Assembly (NCBI GenBank): GCA_963667565.1
Contig: OY763415.1
Coordinates: 320,001 to 384,000, forward strand
Direction of reading: 5' to 3'
Length of the DNA stretch: 64,000 nucleotides
Origin: Acholeplasmataceae bacterium
GTDB lineage: Bacteria > Bacillota_I > Bacilli_A > Acholeplasmatales > Acholeplasmataceae
The notes under the pieces were generated by a model. That model ran no database searches and was not told where the DNA came from. It saw only the letters and a program-made list of their open reading frames with translations. Shown here one piece after another: positions 1-10,816 of this stretch (the stretch's first letter is position 1; each line of letters begins with the position of its first letter). The position numbers and the translations under genes were made by a program.

Positions 1-1
1 T

Positions 2-1309
2 GCAGCAAAAGAATTAGGAATTGAAACAGTTGCTATTTATTCAAAAGCAGATAAAGATAGTCTTCATGTGAAATTAGCTGATGAGGCCGTATGTATTGGT
101 GGCCATCGCAGTGTAGATAGTTATTTAAATATGAATCATGTTTTATCAGCAGCCATCGCTACTGGATGTAATGCAATTCATCCAGGCTATGGTTTTTTGT
201 CTGAAAATCATGCATTTGTAGAAATGGTTGAAAGTGTTGGTTTAAGTTTTATTGGACCAACTTCTGATACGATTAAAAAAATTGGAGATAAAGCAACTGC
301 TAAAGCCATTGCTAAAGCAGCTCATGTTCCAGTTGTTGAAGGTAGTGATGGTGTTGTCCTATCCATTGAAGATGGACTACATATTGCTAAAAAAATTGGA
401 TATCCAGTGATGATTAAAGCGTCTAGTGGCGGTGGTGGTAAAGGTATTAGTATTGTTTACAACCCAAAAGAGTTTAAAGATGCTTTTTTTAGAACGGCTC
501 TAGAAGCTAAAAACAATTTTGGTGATGATGCGTTATATATTGAAAAATATATAGAATCACCTAGACATATTGAAATACAAGTTATTGGTGACCAACAAGG
601 ACATGTTGTCCATTTATATGAACGTGATTGTTCAATGCAAAGAAGAAATCAAAAAATGGTTGAAGAATCACCAAGCCCGTTTATTTCTGATATGTTAAGA
701 AGAAGAATGGGACAAACAGCAGTAAGACTTGCAAAATCAATAAATTATAGAAATGCTGGAACCATCGAATTTTTAGTTGATGCAAGTCAAAATTTCTATT
801 TCATTGAAATGAACACAAGAATTCAAGTTGAACACCCTGTTACAGAAATGATTACAGGTATTGACTTGGTCAAAGAGCAAATTAAAATTGGTTTTGGGCA
901 TCCGCTAAGTTTTGAACAAAAGGATGTTAAAGTTAAAGGACATGCGATTGAATGTAGAATTAATGCTGAAAATCCAATGAATCAATTCATACCTACACCT
1001 GGAACGATTACAAATGTTATTTTACCAGGTGGTTTTGGTGTAAGACTTGATACACATATTTTTCCAAAATATGAAGTGCCTCCTTTTTATGATTCAATGT
1101 TAGCAAAACTAATTGTTCATGCACCTACAAGATTAGAAGCTATTAAGAAAATGAGAGTCGCACTTGAACAATTTGTTGTTGAAGGTATTATTACAAATAT
1201 TGAATATCAGTATTTAATTATGCATCATACAGATTTCATTAAAGGAAACTATGATACTGGATTTATCGCACGTTTCCAAAAGTTAGTGGAGGCGAATAAT
1301 AATGCATGA
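2..1309 (+). CDS. accC: acetyl-CoA carboxylase biotin carboxylase subunit (5' partial, starts upstream of window)
   Basis: Frame open from nt 2 (AAKELGIETVAIYS...); HPGYGFLSEN, GGGGKG, RDCSMQRRNQK, EMNTRIQVEH motifs. Confidence 0.97.
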   Translation, partial: AAKELGIETVAIYSKADKDSLHVKLADEAVCIGGHRSVDSYLNMNHVLSAAIATGCNAIHPGYGFLSENHAFVEMVESVGLSFIGPTSDTIKKIGDKATAKAIAKAAHVPVVEGSDGVVLSIEDGLHIAKKIGYPVMIKASSGGGGKGISIVYNPKEFKDAFFRTALEAKNNFGDDALYIEKYIESPRHIEIQVIGDQQGHVVHLYERDCSMQRRNQKMVEESPSPFISDMLRRRMGQTAVRLAKSINYRNAGTIEFLVDASQNFYFIEMNTRIQVEHPVTEMITGIDLVKEQIKIGFGHPLSFEQKDVKVKGHAIECRINAENPMNQFIPTPGTITNVILPGGFGVRLDTHIFPKYEVPPFYDSMLAKLIVHAPTRLEAIKKMRVALEQFVVEGIITNIEYQYLIMHHTDFIKGNYDTGFIARFQKLVEANNNA

Positions 1310-2180
1310 GTTTTTAGATGAAAGAAAAAAGAAATTAGAGTCTTTTAAAAAAGACGTGAGAAAGAAGAATGTTGGTAATGGCCCTAGAGAAATTCCTGAT
1401 GGGTTATTTATCAAATGTGATTCGTGTAATACTGCTATTTATACAAAAGAACTTAAAGAACATATGATGGTATGTCCAAAATGTAACCATCATTTTAAAA
1501 TATCAGCAAGACAAAGAATGAATATTACTGTAGATGAAAATTCTTTAAATGAATTATTTACAGATATCATTTCGACAAATCCTCTTCACATGGAGGGTTA
1601 TGAAGAAAAACTTCAAAAAGGCAACTTAGAAAGTAACGAAGAAACTGCATTTTTATGTGGAGAAGCACGTATTGAAAAAATGAGTGTTGCTATTGGTATC
1701 CTAGATCCTACATTTATGATGGGTTCTATGGGAAGTGTTGTTGGTGAAAAAGTGACAAGACTTATTGAATATGCTATTGCTCAAAAATTACCATTAATTA
1801 TTTTTTCTGCATCAGGTGGTGCACGTATGCAAGAAGGTATCCTATCATTAATGCAAATGGCAAAAACCAGTGCTGCACTTAAAAAACTTGATGAGGCAAA
1901 ACAGTTATATATTAGTGTTTTAACATATCCTACAACTGGTGGGGTTGCTGCTAGTTTCGCTTCGTTAGGCGATATTATGATAGCAGAAGAAAAGGCGATG
2001 ATCGGATTTGCAGGTGCTAGAGTCATTCAACAAACCATTAGACAAGAGCTTCCTGAAGGTTTTCAAACAGATCAATTTCAACTTGATCATGGACAAGTTG
2101 ATATGATTGTTCATCGTAAAGAAATGAGAAAAACACTTGCCAAATTACTAAAGGTTCACATGGTGAAACAATATGAGTAA
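1302..2180 (+). CDS. accD: acetyl-CoA carboxyltransferase beta subunit
   Basis: CxxC...CPKC zinc finger, GSMGSVVGEK, SGGARMQEG, PTTGGVAAS. Confidence 0.97.
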   Translation: MHEFLDERKKKLESFKKDVRKKNVGNGPREIPDGLFIKCDSCNTAIYTKELKEHMMVCPKCNHHFKISARQRMNITVDENSLNELFTDIISTNPLHMEGYEEKLQKGNLESNEETAFLCGEARIEKMSVAIGILDPTFMMGSMGSVVGEKVTRLIEYAIAQKLPLIIFSASGGARMQEGILSLMQMAKTSAALKKLDEAKQLYISVLTYPTTGGVAASFASLGDIMIAEEKAMIGFAGARVIQQTIRQELPEGFQTDQFQLDHGQVDMIVHRKEMRKTLAKLLKVHMVKQYE

Positions 2181-2982
2181 CGCATGGCAAAGAGTACAAA
2201 CAGCAAGACATCCAAAACGCATTACAGCTAAAACATTGATTAAAAATCTGTTTGAAGATTTTATTGATTTAAAAGGAGACAGATTATTTAAAGATGATCA
2301 AGCCATCATTGGTGGTATCGGTATGCTTGATGGTGTTGCGTTTACAGTTGTTGCTGAAGAAAAAGGCGTCAGTACTCAAGAAAAAATCAAACATAATTTT
2401 GGGATGCCACATCCTGAGGGTTATCATAAAGCATTAAGATTAATGAAACAAGCTGAAAAATTCAATCGTCCTATTTTCACGATTATTGATACTCCAGGTG
2501 CATATCCTGGAATTGAAGCTGAAGAACGTGGACAAGCACGTGCGATTGCTTTAAATTTATTTGAGTTATCACAGATTAAAGTGCCTATTTTAGTTTGCAT
2601 CTTAAGTGAAGGTGGATCTGGTGGAGCACTTGCTGTTGGTGTAGGTGATTATATATTGATGTATGAAAATGCCATTTATTCTATCCTATCTCCAGAAGGA
2701 TTCGCATCGATTTTATACAAAGATAGTTCAAAAGCTGCTGAAGCTGCTGAAATCATGAAATTAACTGCAGATGATTTATTAGAATTACATATCATTGATG
2801 AAATTGTAAAAGAAAAAGAAGGATTACATATCAATCCAGAAGAAGGCATTAAACAATTAAAAACATCAATTAAAAAACAATTAAACATCTTAAACAAACT
2901 CTCTAAAGATGAATTGATTGAGAAAAGATACCAAAAATTTAGACAAATGGGTATTTATCAAACAAAAGGAGTATCTAAATGA
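2173..2982 (+). CDS. accA: acetyl-CoA carboxyltransferase alpha subunit
   Basis: NFGMPHPEGY, IDTPGAYPG, EERGQA, EGGSGGAL. Confidence 0.97.
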   Translation: MSNAWQRVQTARHPKRITAKTLIKNLFEDFIDLKGDRLFKDDQAIIGGIGMLDGVAFTVVAEEKGVSTQEKIKHNFGMPHPEGYHKALRLMKQAEKFNRPIFTIIDTPGAYPGIEAEERGQARAIALNLFELSQIKVPILVCILSEGGSGGALAVGVGDYILMYENAIYSILSPEGFASILYKDSSKAAEAAEIMKLTADDLLELHIIDEIVKEKEGLHINPEEGIKQLKTSIKKQLNILNKLSKDELIEKRYQKFRQMGIYQTKGVSK

Positions 2983-3905
2983 AACCAATGCATATAAAAG
3001 TCGTATCGACTGGTAAATATGTACCAGCTAAAGTGATGACAAATGATGATTTAGAAAAGATTGTTGACACATCTGACGAATGGATTGTAACAAGAACTGG
3101 TATTAAAGAAAGAAGAGTAGCTGCTGATGATGAAACAGCTGCAGAATTAGCTTATTTAGCTGCACTTGATGCAATTAATAAAGCAAATTATGACAAAGAA
3201 AAAATTGACTTAATTATTGTCGCATCAATCACAGGTGAAGGTATGACACCTTCAGTTGCAAATAAGGTACAAAAAAAATTAGGTATCAATAGATGTATGA
3301 GTTTTGATGTGAATGCAGCATGTACAGGATTTGTTTATGGATTAGAAGTTGCATCATCAATGATTGAATCATCTGGATATCGTAGTGCACTTGTGATTGG
3401 TTCTGAGAAATTAACCAATGTCTTAGATTATACAGACAGAAACACTTGTGTCTTATTTGGTGATGGTGCAGGTGCAGCAATCATTGAGCCAAATTCTAAT
3501 CATCACGCTTATTTTTTCAATCAAGCAAAAGCGGATGAAACAGATGCATTAACAGTGGATAAATACATCAAAATGGATGGAAGAAAAGTCTTTTTATTTG
3601 CAGTTGATAGCATGCAAAAAGCGATTATTGAAGTGCTTGAACGTGCAAATTTGACATTGGATCAAATTGGAACAATCATTCCACATCAAGCAAACTTTAG
3701 AATTATTCAATCTGTTGCAAAAGCATTAGATTTGCCTATTGAAAAATTTGAAATGAATTTACAAAATTATGGAAACACGTCTGCTGCTAGTATTCCGATT
3801 GCATTAGATGAATATTTAGAGAAAGAAAAAAATGATCAATATGTATTGCTTGTTGGATTTGGTGGCGGATTCACTTGGGGTAGTACCATTATCCAATTAA
3901 CGTAA
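2979..3905 (+). CDS. fabH: beta-ketoacyl-ACP synthase III
   Basis: AACTG, HQAN, GNTSAAS catalytic triad motifs; GFGGGFTW. Confidence 0.96.
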   Translation: MKPMHIKVVSTGKYVPAKVMTNDDLEKIVDTSDEWIVTRTGIKERRVAADDETAAELAYLAALDAINKANYDKEKIDLIIVASITGEGMTPSVANKVQKKLGINRCMSFDVNAACTGFVYGLEVASSMIESSGYRSALVIGSEKLTNVLDYTDRNTCVLFGDGAGAAIIEPNSNHHAYFFNQAKADETDALTVDKYIKMDGRKVFLFAVDSMQKAIIEVLERANLTLDQIGTIIPHQANFRIIQSVAKALDLPIEKFEMNLQNYGNTSAASIPIALDEYLEKEKNDQYVLLVGFGGGFTWGSTIIQLT

Positions 3906-3915
3906 GGAGAAATAT

Positions 3916-4848
3916 ATGAAAAATATTGCTGAATTATTAAATATTAAATACCCTGTGATTCAAGGTGGCATGGCTAATATTGCTACTGCTCAACTTGCCT
4001 CTGCAGTTTCAAATGCAGGTGGTTTAGGTTTAATTGGTGCTGGTGGATATGATGTCAACTGGGTTAGAGATGAAGTTAGAAAAATGAAACAATTAACAGA
4101 CAAACCCTTTGGTGTCAATATCATGCTTATGAGTCCTCATGCTCCAAGTATTGCAGAAATGCTCATTGAAGAAGGCGTTAAGATTGTGACAACTGGTGCT
4201 GGTAGCCCAGGTATCTATATGGATAAATGGAAAGAAAATGGCATGATTATTATGCCTGTAGTTCCATCTGTTGCACTTGCTAAAAGAATGGAAAGAATGG
4301 GTGCTGATGCAGTCATTGTTGAAGGTACTGAAGCTGGTGGACATATTGGTGAAATTACTACAATGGCATTGATTCCACAAGTAGCTGATGCAGTTTCAAT
4401 TCCTGTTGTTGGTGCTGGTGGCGTTGCAGATAAAAGAGGTGTCTTAGCAGCTTTTGCACTTGGTGCAAAAGGTGTTCAAATCGGTACGGTCTTATTAGCA
4501 ACCGAAGAATGTCCAGTGCATATTAACTATAAGAACAAAGTGGTTGATGCTAAAGATATTGATACTGTTGTTACTGGTAGAAATACAAAAGCACCTGTGC
4601 GTGTTTTAAAAAATCAAATGGCAGTGAAATATATTGAAATGACTAAACAAGGCTATGATTTAGAAGAATTAGAAAAATTAACTTTAGGATCTCTTAGAAA
4701 AGCCGTTTTTGATGGTGATATGGATAATGGTTCTGTAATGGCAGGTCAAATTGCTGGTTTGGTCAAAGAGATTAGAACAGTTAAACAAGTGCTTGAAGAT
4801 TTATTTGATGGTGTCAATCAATATAAAGATCAATTGGAAGTGTTATAA
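3916..4848 (+). CDS. fabK: enoyl-ACP reductase II (FMN-dependent)
   Basis: PVIQGGMA, EGTEAGGHIG, GSVMAGQIAG; located in fab operon. Confidence 0.93.
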   Translation: MKNIAELLNIKYPVIQGGMANIATAQLASAVSNAGGLGLIGAGGYDVNWVRDEVRKMKQLTDKPFGVNIMLMSPHAPSIAEMLIEEGVKIVTTGAGSPGIYMDKWKENGMIIMPVVPSVALAKRMERMGADAVIVEGTEAGGHIGEITTMALIPQVADAVSIPVVGAGGVADKRGVLAAFALGAKGVQIGTVLLATEECPVHINYKNKVVDAKDIDTVVTGRNTKAPVRVLKNQMAVKYIEMTKQGYDLEELEKLTLGSLRKAVFDGDMDNGSVMAGQIAGLVKEIRTVKQVLEDLFDGVNQYKDQLEVL

Positions 4849-5789
4849 TGTCTAAATTAGCAATATGTTTTTCAGGACAAGGAAGTCAGTATGTTGGCAT
4901 GGGCTTAGATTTTATCCTGCATGATGAAAAATCAAAAAGATTAGTAGATCTTGCAAGCAAAAATTTAGGTGAAAATCTTGTTGTTAAATTAAATGATGAA
5001 GATGCATTATCACAAACAAAGTTTGTCCAACCACTCATTGTATTAAAATCAATTTTGGGTTTAGAATTATTAGACCCAAAAAAATATCATATTGATGGTT
5101 ATTTTGGGTTTAGTTTGGGAGAATTTAGTGCATATTATGCATCAGGTATATTCTCATTAGATGATATTTTAAGTATTGTCAAAATAAGAGGGGAATTGAT
5201 GCAAGAAGCAAGCATAAAATATCCTGGTTCTATGTCAGCTATTTTAGGTTTGGATTATGAAACAATCAAAGATAGTATCGATGGTTTAAAAACAAAAGGT
5301 ATTATTGAGATTGCAAATGAAAATGGATTTAAACAATATGTCATCTCAGGAGAGTCAAATCTTGTTGATGAAGCAAACGAAATATTAAAAACAAAAGGCG
5401 CTAAACGTGCAGTTAAATTAAATGTTTCTGGGGCATTTCATACGAAGATGATGCAAGAAGCCAGTCAAAAGTTTATGAATGAAATTGCAAATTTTGAAAG
5501 GAAGCCTTTAAAAACACCAATGATTATGAACATAGATGCAGAATGGTTAAATGAACACGATGTAGATCATCATTTAGCATATCAAATGACCTCTTCAGTA
5601 AAATTTATAGATATGGTGTTAAAATTAAAGAAAGATGGATTTACACATATTCTAGAAATTGGACCTGGCAGAGTTCTTACAGGTTTAATTAAAAAAATAG
5701 ATTTAGATATGGAAGTTCAAAATTTTGATAGTTTTGAACAATTTCAAGAGACGAAAGGATGGCTACAAACTCATGGATTTAACAAATAG
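4848..5789 (+). CDS. fabD: malonyl-CoA:ACP transacylase
   Basis: GQGSQ, GFSLGE (GxSxG), VSGAFH, EIGPG. Confidence 0.95.
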   Translation: MSKLAICFSGQGSQYVGMGLDFILHDEKSKRLVDLASKNLGENLVVKLNDEDALSQTKFVQPLIVLKSILGLELLDPKKYHIDGYFGFSLGEFSAYYASGIFSLDDILSIVKIRGELMQEASIKYPGSMSAILGLDYETIKDSIDGLKTKGIIEIANENGFKQYVISGESNLVDEANEILKTKGAKRAVKLNVSGAFHTKMMQEASQKFMNEIANFERKPLKTPMIMNIDAEWLNEHDVDHHLAYQMTSSVKFIDMVLKLKKDGFTHILEIGPGRVLTGLIKKIDLDMEVQNFDSFEQFQETKGWLQTHGFNK

Positions 5790-6516
5790 AGTTGCCATAG
5801 TGACTGGTGGAGCATCAGGCATTGGTAGAAGTATTTCACTAGAACTTGCTAAAAAAGGATGTAACATTGTTGTAAACTACAATTCGAGTGCACAAAAAGC
5901 TGAAACACTCATTAAAGAGATTGAAGCATTTGGTGGTAAAGCAGTTGCTGTACAAGCCAATGTAGGCAATTTTGAGGAATCAAAGAAAATTGTAGATTTA
6001 GCGATTGCTACATTTGGTCAATTAGATATTTTAGTTAATAATGCAGGCATTACATCTGATCAATTGTTACTTCGTATGCAAGAATCTCAATTTGATGATG
6101 TGATTAACACAAATTTAAAAGGTGTCTGGAATATGTGTAAACAAAGTGCCAGATACATTTTAAAATCAACACAAGGAAGAATTGTCAATATCTCAAGTGT
6201 TTCAGGGGTAACTGGTAATGTTGGACAATCAAATTACAGTGCATCTAAAGCTGGCGTGATTGGTTTAACAAAATCACTTGCAAAAGAATTCGCAAGTCGA
6301 GGTGTAACTGTCAATGCGATTGCACCGGGATTTATTGATACAAATATGACAGATAAACTAGATGAACAAACGAAAGAAACTTATTTACAAGTAATTGCAT
6401 TAAAACGTTTTGGACAACCAGAAGATATTGCTCATGCAGTATGTTTCTTATCTAGTGATCTTGCATCTTATATGACAGGTCAAACATTAATTATCGATGG
6501 TGGGATGGTGATTTAA
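5773..6516 (+). CDS. fabG: 3-oxoacyl-ACP reductase
   Basis: TGGASGIG, NNAG, YSASK; ATG at 5773 preferred to the track start at 5725. Confidence 0.95.
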   Translation: MDLTNRVAIVTGGASGIGRSISLELAKKGCNIVVNYNSSAQKAETLIKEIEAFGGKAVAVQANVGNFEESKKIVDLAIATFGQLDILVNNAGITSDQLLLRMQESQFDDVINTNLKGVWNMCKQSARYILKSTQGRIVNISSVSGVTGNVGQSNYSASKAGVIGLTKSLAKEFASRGVTVNAIAPGFIDTNMTDKLDEQTKETYLQVIALKRFGQPEDIAHAVCFLSSDLASYMTGQTLIIDGGMVI

Positions 6517-6517
6517 T

Positions 6518-7762
6518 ATGGAAAAAAGAAGAGTTGTAGTAACTGGTATGGGTTTAGTTTCACCGGTAGGTAATACAGTTGAAGAATCGTTTAACGCGAT
6601 GATAGAAGGTAAAAACGGTGTTGATTTTATCACACTATATGACACAGAACATTATAAAGTCAAAGTCGCAGGTGAAGTCAAAAACTTAAACTTTGAAGAT
6701 TTTATTGATAAAAGAGAAATAAGAAGATCAGATAGAGTGACTAATTTAGGTTTAGTTGCTGCTGATGAAGCATTTAAACAATCAGGATTAGAAGGACACA
6801 TTGAAAATCCATTTAGATTTGCAACTTATGTTGGTAGTGGAATTGGTGGTTTAACAACCATATTTGAAGAAACTAAAACATCTGTTGAACGTGGACCAGA
6901 TAGAATTTCACCTTTCTTTATTCCAAATTCAATCATTAATATGGTAGGGGCAAAAATTGGTATTAAATATCAAGCTAAAGGTGGTAATTTACCATCAGTA
7001 ACTGCATGTTCAGCTTCTACAAACGCGATTGGTGAAGCTTTTAGAGCTATTCGTGATGGTTATTTAGATGTTGTTATCACTGGTGGTGCTGAAGCTCCAA
7101 TTAATGATATTGGTGTTGGTGGTTTTGCAAGTTTGCGCGCATTAGACCCATCAAATGATCCAGAGATTGCATCACGTCCTTTTGATAAAACAAGAGGTGG
7201 ATTTGTCATCGCAGAAGGTGCTGGTATATTAGTTCTTGAAACTTTAGAACATGCACAAAAACGCGGGGCAAAAATTTTAGCAGAAATCATTGGTTATGGA
7301 ACAACTTCAGATGCATTCCACATGACTGCACCTGATGATGAAGCAACCGGAATTACTGAATGTATCAATATCGCATTAAATGATGCTAAATTAGATTATC
7401 ACGATATGGGTTATGTAAATGCACATGGAACATCTACTCTACTTAATGATAAATTGGAAACACTTGGGTTAAAGAAAGCATTTAAAGATCATGCTAAAGA
7501 TTTACTGATAAGTTCAACTAAATCTATGACAGGACATGCACTTGGTGCTGCTGGAGCAATTGAGTCAATTGCAGTCATTAAGGCGATTCAAACATCGAAA
7601 ATTCCACCAACGATTCATCTTAATGAGCCTGATGAAGCATGTGATTTAAATTATGTTCCAAATCATTTTGTCACAAAAGATATCACATATGGTATGAACA
7701 TTAATATTGGATTTGGTGGTCAAAACGCTGCTGTGATTTTCAAAAAATGGGAGGAAGCATGA
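6518..7762 (+). CDS. fabF: beta-ketoacyl-ACP synthase II
   Basis: RRVVVTGMG, TACSA, HGTST, KSMTGH. Confidence 0.96.
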   Translation: MEKRRVVVTGMGLVSPVGNTVEESFNAMIEGKNGVDFITLYDTEHYKVKVAGEVKNLNFEDFIDKREIRRSDRVTNLGLVAADEAFKQSGLEGHIENPFRFATYVGSGIGGLTTIFEETKTSVERGPDRISPFFIPNSIINMVGAKIGIKYQAKGGNLPSVTACSASTNAIGEAFRAIRDGYLDVVITGGAEAPINDIGVGGFASLRALDPSNDPEIASRPFDKTRGGFVIAEGAGILVLETLEHAQKRGAKILAEIIGYGTTSDAFHMTAPDDEATGITECINIALNDAKLDYHDMGYVNAHGTSTLLNDKLETLGLKKAFKDHAKDLLISSTKSMTGHALGAAGAIESIAVIKAIQTSKIPPTIHLNEPDEACDLNYVPNHFVTKDITYGMNINIGFGGQNAAVIFKKWEEA

Positions 7763-8178
7763 ATCAAGAAGAGTTAAAAAAAATCATCCCTCATCGTGAT
7801 CCATTTCTATTACTTGATGAATTGTTAGAATTAGAATCAATGAATTACGCTATAGGATTAAAAAATATAACACCTGAAGAATTTTACTTTAAAGGTCATT
7901 TTCCAGATAAACCAGTCGTTCCAGGTGTCATTATCATTGAATCACTTGCACAAGTTGGTGCAGCAGTGATTTTATCAGCAAAAGAATATGCAGGAAAAAT
8001 AGCATACTTCACAGGTATTAAAAATGCTAAGTTCAGAAAGAGTGTTTTTCCAGGAGATAAATTAATTCTTAAGTGTACCATTGAAAGATTAAAAGGTCCA
8101 TTTGGATTTGGTAGAGGAGAAGCATTTGTGAATAATGAGCTTGTTTGTGAAGCTGATATTTCGTTTGCATTAGGGTAA
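7759..8178 (+). CDS. fabZ: 3-hydroxyacyl-ACP dehydratase
   Basis: PHRDPFLL, GHFP, PGVIIIESLAQ; ATG overlaps fabF stop after GGAGG. Confidence 0.95.
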   Translation: MNQEELKKIIPHRDPFLLLDELLELESMNYAIGLKNITPEEFYFKGHFPDKPVVPGVIIIESLAQVGAAVILSAKEYAGKIAYFTGIKNAKFRKSVFPGDKLILKCTIERLKGPFGFGRGEAFVNNELVCEADISFALG

Positions 8179-8702
8179 TGATTAATCCAACCATTATAAA
8201 ATTTGATACTTTAGAATCAACGAATGATTTACTAAAAACTTATTATGAATCTTTTCCAGATTTAACATTTGTTCAAACGAATTTTCAAACCAAAGGTAGA
8301 GGCCAATTTGATCATACTTGGGATTCTAATAAAGATGAAAATTTATTGTTTAGTGTTTTACTAAAAGAAGCATATGCAAACAAACGACACCAAATTAAAG
8401 ATATCATCTTAAATACTTTATTTACTTTCTTTCATGAGCAAAAGATTAAAGTTCATTTTAAGGAACCTAACGATTTGTTTGTTGGCGAAGAAAAGATTTG
8501 TGGTATTTTGATTGAAACAAGATATGAAGAAACAAATTTAGATTATATGATTATTGGTATTGGACTTAATGTAAATCAACTCGAGTTCAATGGATATAGA
8601 GCAACTTCAATGAAGTTAATTCATCAAAAAGATTTTGAAATTGATGTCATATTTACTCGTTTGGTAGATATACTTATCAATCAATTAAATGGTTCAAATT
8701 AA
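8178..8702 (+). CDS. birA: biotin-protein ligase (short, no HTH)
   Basis: STND, QTKGRG, KEPND, KICGILIE, GIGLNV. Confidence 0.88.
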   Translation: MINPTIIKFDTLESTNDLLKTYYESFPDLTFVQTNFQTKGRGQFDHTWDSNKDENLLFSVLLKEAYANKRHQIKDIILNTLFTFFHEQKIKVHFKEPNDLFVGEEKICGILIETRYEETNLDYMIIGIGLNVNQLEFNGYRATSMKLIHQKDFEIDVIFTRLVDILINQLNGSN

Positions 8703-8710
8703 AAAAACAA

Positions 8711-8738
8711 GCACAGTTTATTTAAACTGTGTTTTTTT
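8711..8738 (+). terminator. intrinsic terminator ending acc/fab operon
   Basis: CACAGTTTA-TT-TAAACTGTG hairpin followed by T7. Confidence 0.85.
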
Positions 8739-8767
8739 ATGTTCTTCATCAAATGGTTCGGTTTTGA

Positions 8768-8776
8768 TGGTATAAT
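8768..8776 (+). promoter_or_regulatory. extended -10 promoter of rnr operon
   Basis: TGGTATAAT upstream of GAGGT SD and rnr ATG. Confidence 0.6.
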
Positions 8777-8794
8777 TAAAATGAGGTATAATAG

Positions 8795-10816
8795 ATGAAA
8801 CATATATATATGTTGTTTTATGAACAACAAACAAGAAAATTACATAAAGACATCGTTGGAGAAATTGATATAAATCAGTTTCCTTATTTAATGTTTGATG
8901 AGCCATTTTATATTTTAAAACCTAATATATTAATTGGTAGACTTGATCGAAAGGAACATTTTGGGTTTTTACGTCAAGAAGTCAAAGACTTATATATTGA
9001 AAAAGAAAACTTAGGCGATGCGATGCATGATGATATTATCTTAGTTGATGATAAATATGCACCAAAAGTCGTATTTATTGTAGAACGCGCACTTAAAGTC
9101 ATTATTGCAACCATCAAAAAGAGAAAAAATGGCATTAAATTTTTTACTGATGTATTTTTAGATAAAAAATTAGACGTTGAACCTTATGAACATTTAGTCA
9201 ATGGCCATGTCGTTTCACTTGATGTCCTACATATTGATAAAGATGTTATTTTTGCAAAAGTTAACCACATCATTGGTCATATCAATGATCCAGATATTGA
9301 AACATTAAAAATTGTGAGTGGTTATAATTGGCCAACTGAATTTAAACAAGACATGCTTGATTCCATTGATGATATTCATGTTGATATCAACGAAGAAAAG
9401 AAGAAAAGATCAGATTTCACAAAAGATTTGATTATTACTATTGATGGTTTAGATGCAAAAGATTTAGATGATGCTATTAGCTTAACATTTAAAGACGGTC
9501 TTTATCATTTAGGTGTACATATTGCAGATGTTTCACATTATGTGACAAGAAAAAGTTTATTAGATGAGGAAGCTTATCAAAGAGCAACTTCTGTCTATTT
9601 AGCTGATCGCGTGATTCCAATGTTACCACATATTTTATCAAATGATTGGTGTAGCTTAAATGCTGATGAAGAAAAGTTAACACTTTCGTGTTTGATGACG
9701 ATCAATCAAGATGGTGATGTCATTGATCATGAGATTGTTAAATCTGTCATCATTAGTAAAAGAAGAATGAATTATAAAGAAGTTAATTTATTCTTAAAAG
9801 ATAATCAATCTCTTGGGCATAAAGAAATTGAACATATGCTCATTCAAATGAATGATTTATCAATGATTTTAAAGAAAAAGAGAAGAGCACGTGGAGAAAT
9901 TGAATTTGAATCAAGTGAATTAGGATTCAAAGTTGATCGAGATGGTAAAGTTTTAGATGTTTATTTAAGAGAACAAGATGAAGCTGAAGGTTTAATTGAA
10001 TCATTTATGCTTGCAGCCAATGAAACAGTCGCTGAACATATGTATCACTTAAATCTTCCATCAATTTATCGTATCCATGAGAAACCAGATACCGTTAAAT
10101 TAAAAATGGCTCTAGATACTATTGCGAAATTAGGTATTAAATTCAATCATAAACATATAGGTGATCCACATATGCTTCAACAAATCACGAAGCAAACTAG
10201 TGGTGAAGCCATAGGTCCAATTGTGCATATGATCTTACTTCGTGCCATGCAAAAAGCAAAATATTCACATGAACTAGATATCCATTTTGGATTAGGGGCG
10301 AGATATTATACACATTTCACTTCACCTATTAGAAGATATCCAGACCTAATTTTACATAGACTCATTCATACATTTTTATTAAATGAATCAAAAGACTATC
10401 AAGATGATATATTATTTTATGATCAAGTGATGGATGATGTTGCAAAACATACATCAGATCAAGAACGAAAAGCTATTCAACTAGAAAGAGATGTTGCAAA
10501 ACTTAAGAGTTGTGAATTTATGTCATCAAGAATTGGGAAATATTATGAAGCTACGATTACACAAATGATGCCATCAGGTATGTTTGTGAGTTTAAGTAAT
10601 GGTATTGAAGGATTTGTACCATTAAGATTACTCGATGATTATTATCAATATGATGAAAATTTCTTAATGTTTGTTGGTAGAAAAGGTAACAAATATCAAT
10701 TAGGTGATCAAGTTCAAGTCGAACTCGTGAATGTTGATATGCTTGAAAGAAAAATGGATTTCGATATTGTAAGTAAGAAAAAGAAGGGTAAACATGAAAA
10801 TTATCGCACAAAATAA
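8795..10816 (+). CDS. rnr: ribonuclease R
   Basis: TIDGLDAKDLDDA, HFTSPIRRYPDL, C-terminal S1 domain with basic tail; precedes smpB. Confidence 0.93.
   Translation: MKHIYMLFYEQQTRKLHKDIVGEIDINQFPYLMFDEPFYILKPNILIGRLDRKEHFGFLRQEVKDLYIEKENLGDAMHDDIILVDDKYAPKVVFIVERALKVIIATIKKRKNGIKFFTDVFLDKKLDVEPYEHLVNGHVVSLDVLHIDKDVIFAKVNHIIGHINDPDIETLKIVSGYNWPTEFKQDMLDSIDDIHVDINEEKKKRSDFTKDLIITIDGLDAKDLDDAISLTFKDGLYHLGVHIADVSHYVTRKSLLDEEAYQRATSVYLADRVIPMLPHILSNDWCSLNADEEKLTLSCLMTINQDGDVIDHEIVKSVIISKRRMNYKEVNLFLKDNQSLGHKEIEHMLIQMNDLSMILKKKRRARGEIEFESSELGFKVDRDGKVLDVYLREQDEAEGLIESFMLAANETVAEHMYHLNLPSIYRIHEKPDTVKLKMALDTIAKLGIKFNHKHIGDPHMLQQITKQTSGEAIGPIVHMILLRAMQKAKYSHELDIHFGLGARYYTHFTSPIRRYPDLILHRLIHTFLLNESKDYQDDILFYDQVMDDVAKHTSDQERKAIQLERDVAKLKSCEFMSSRIGKYYEATITQMMPSGMFVSLSNGIEGFVPLRLLDDYYQYDENFLMFVGRKGNKYQLGDQVQVELVNVDMLERKMDFDIVSKKKKGKHENYRTK

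Noticed and set aside
5104..5121. FabD GFSLGE instead of GHSLGE
   Set aside because: The nucleophilic Ser and GxSxG are intact, and this position is known to vary (e.g. GLSLG).
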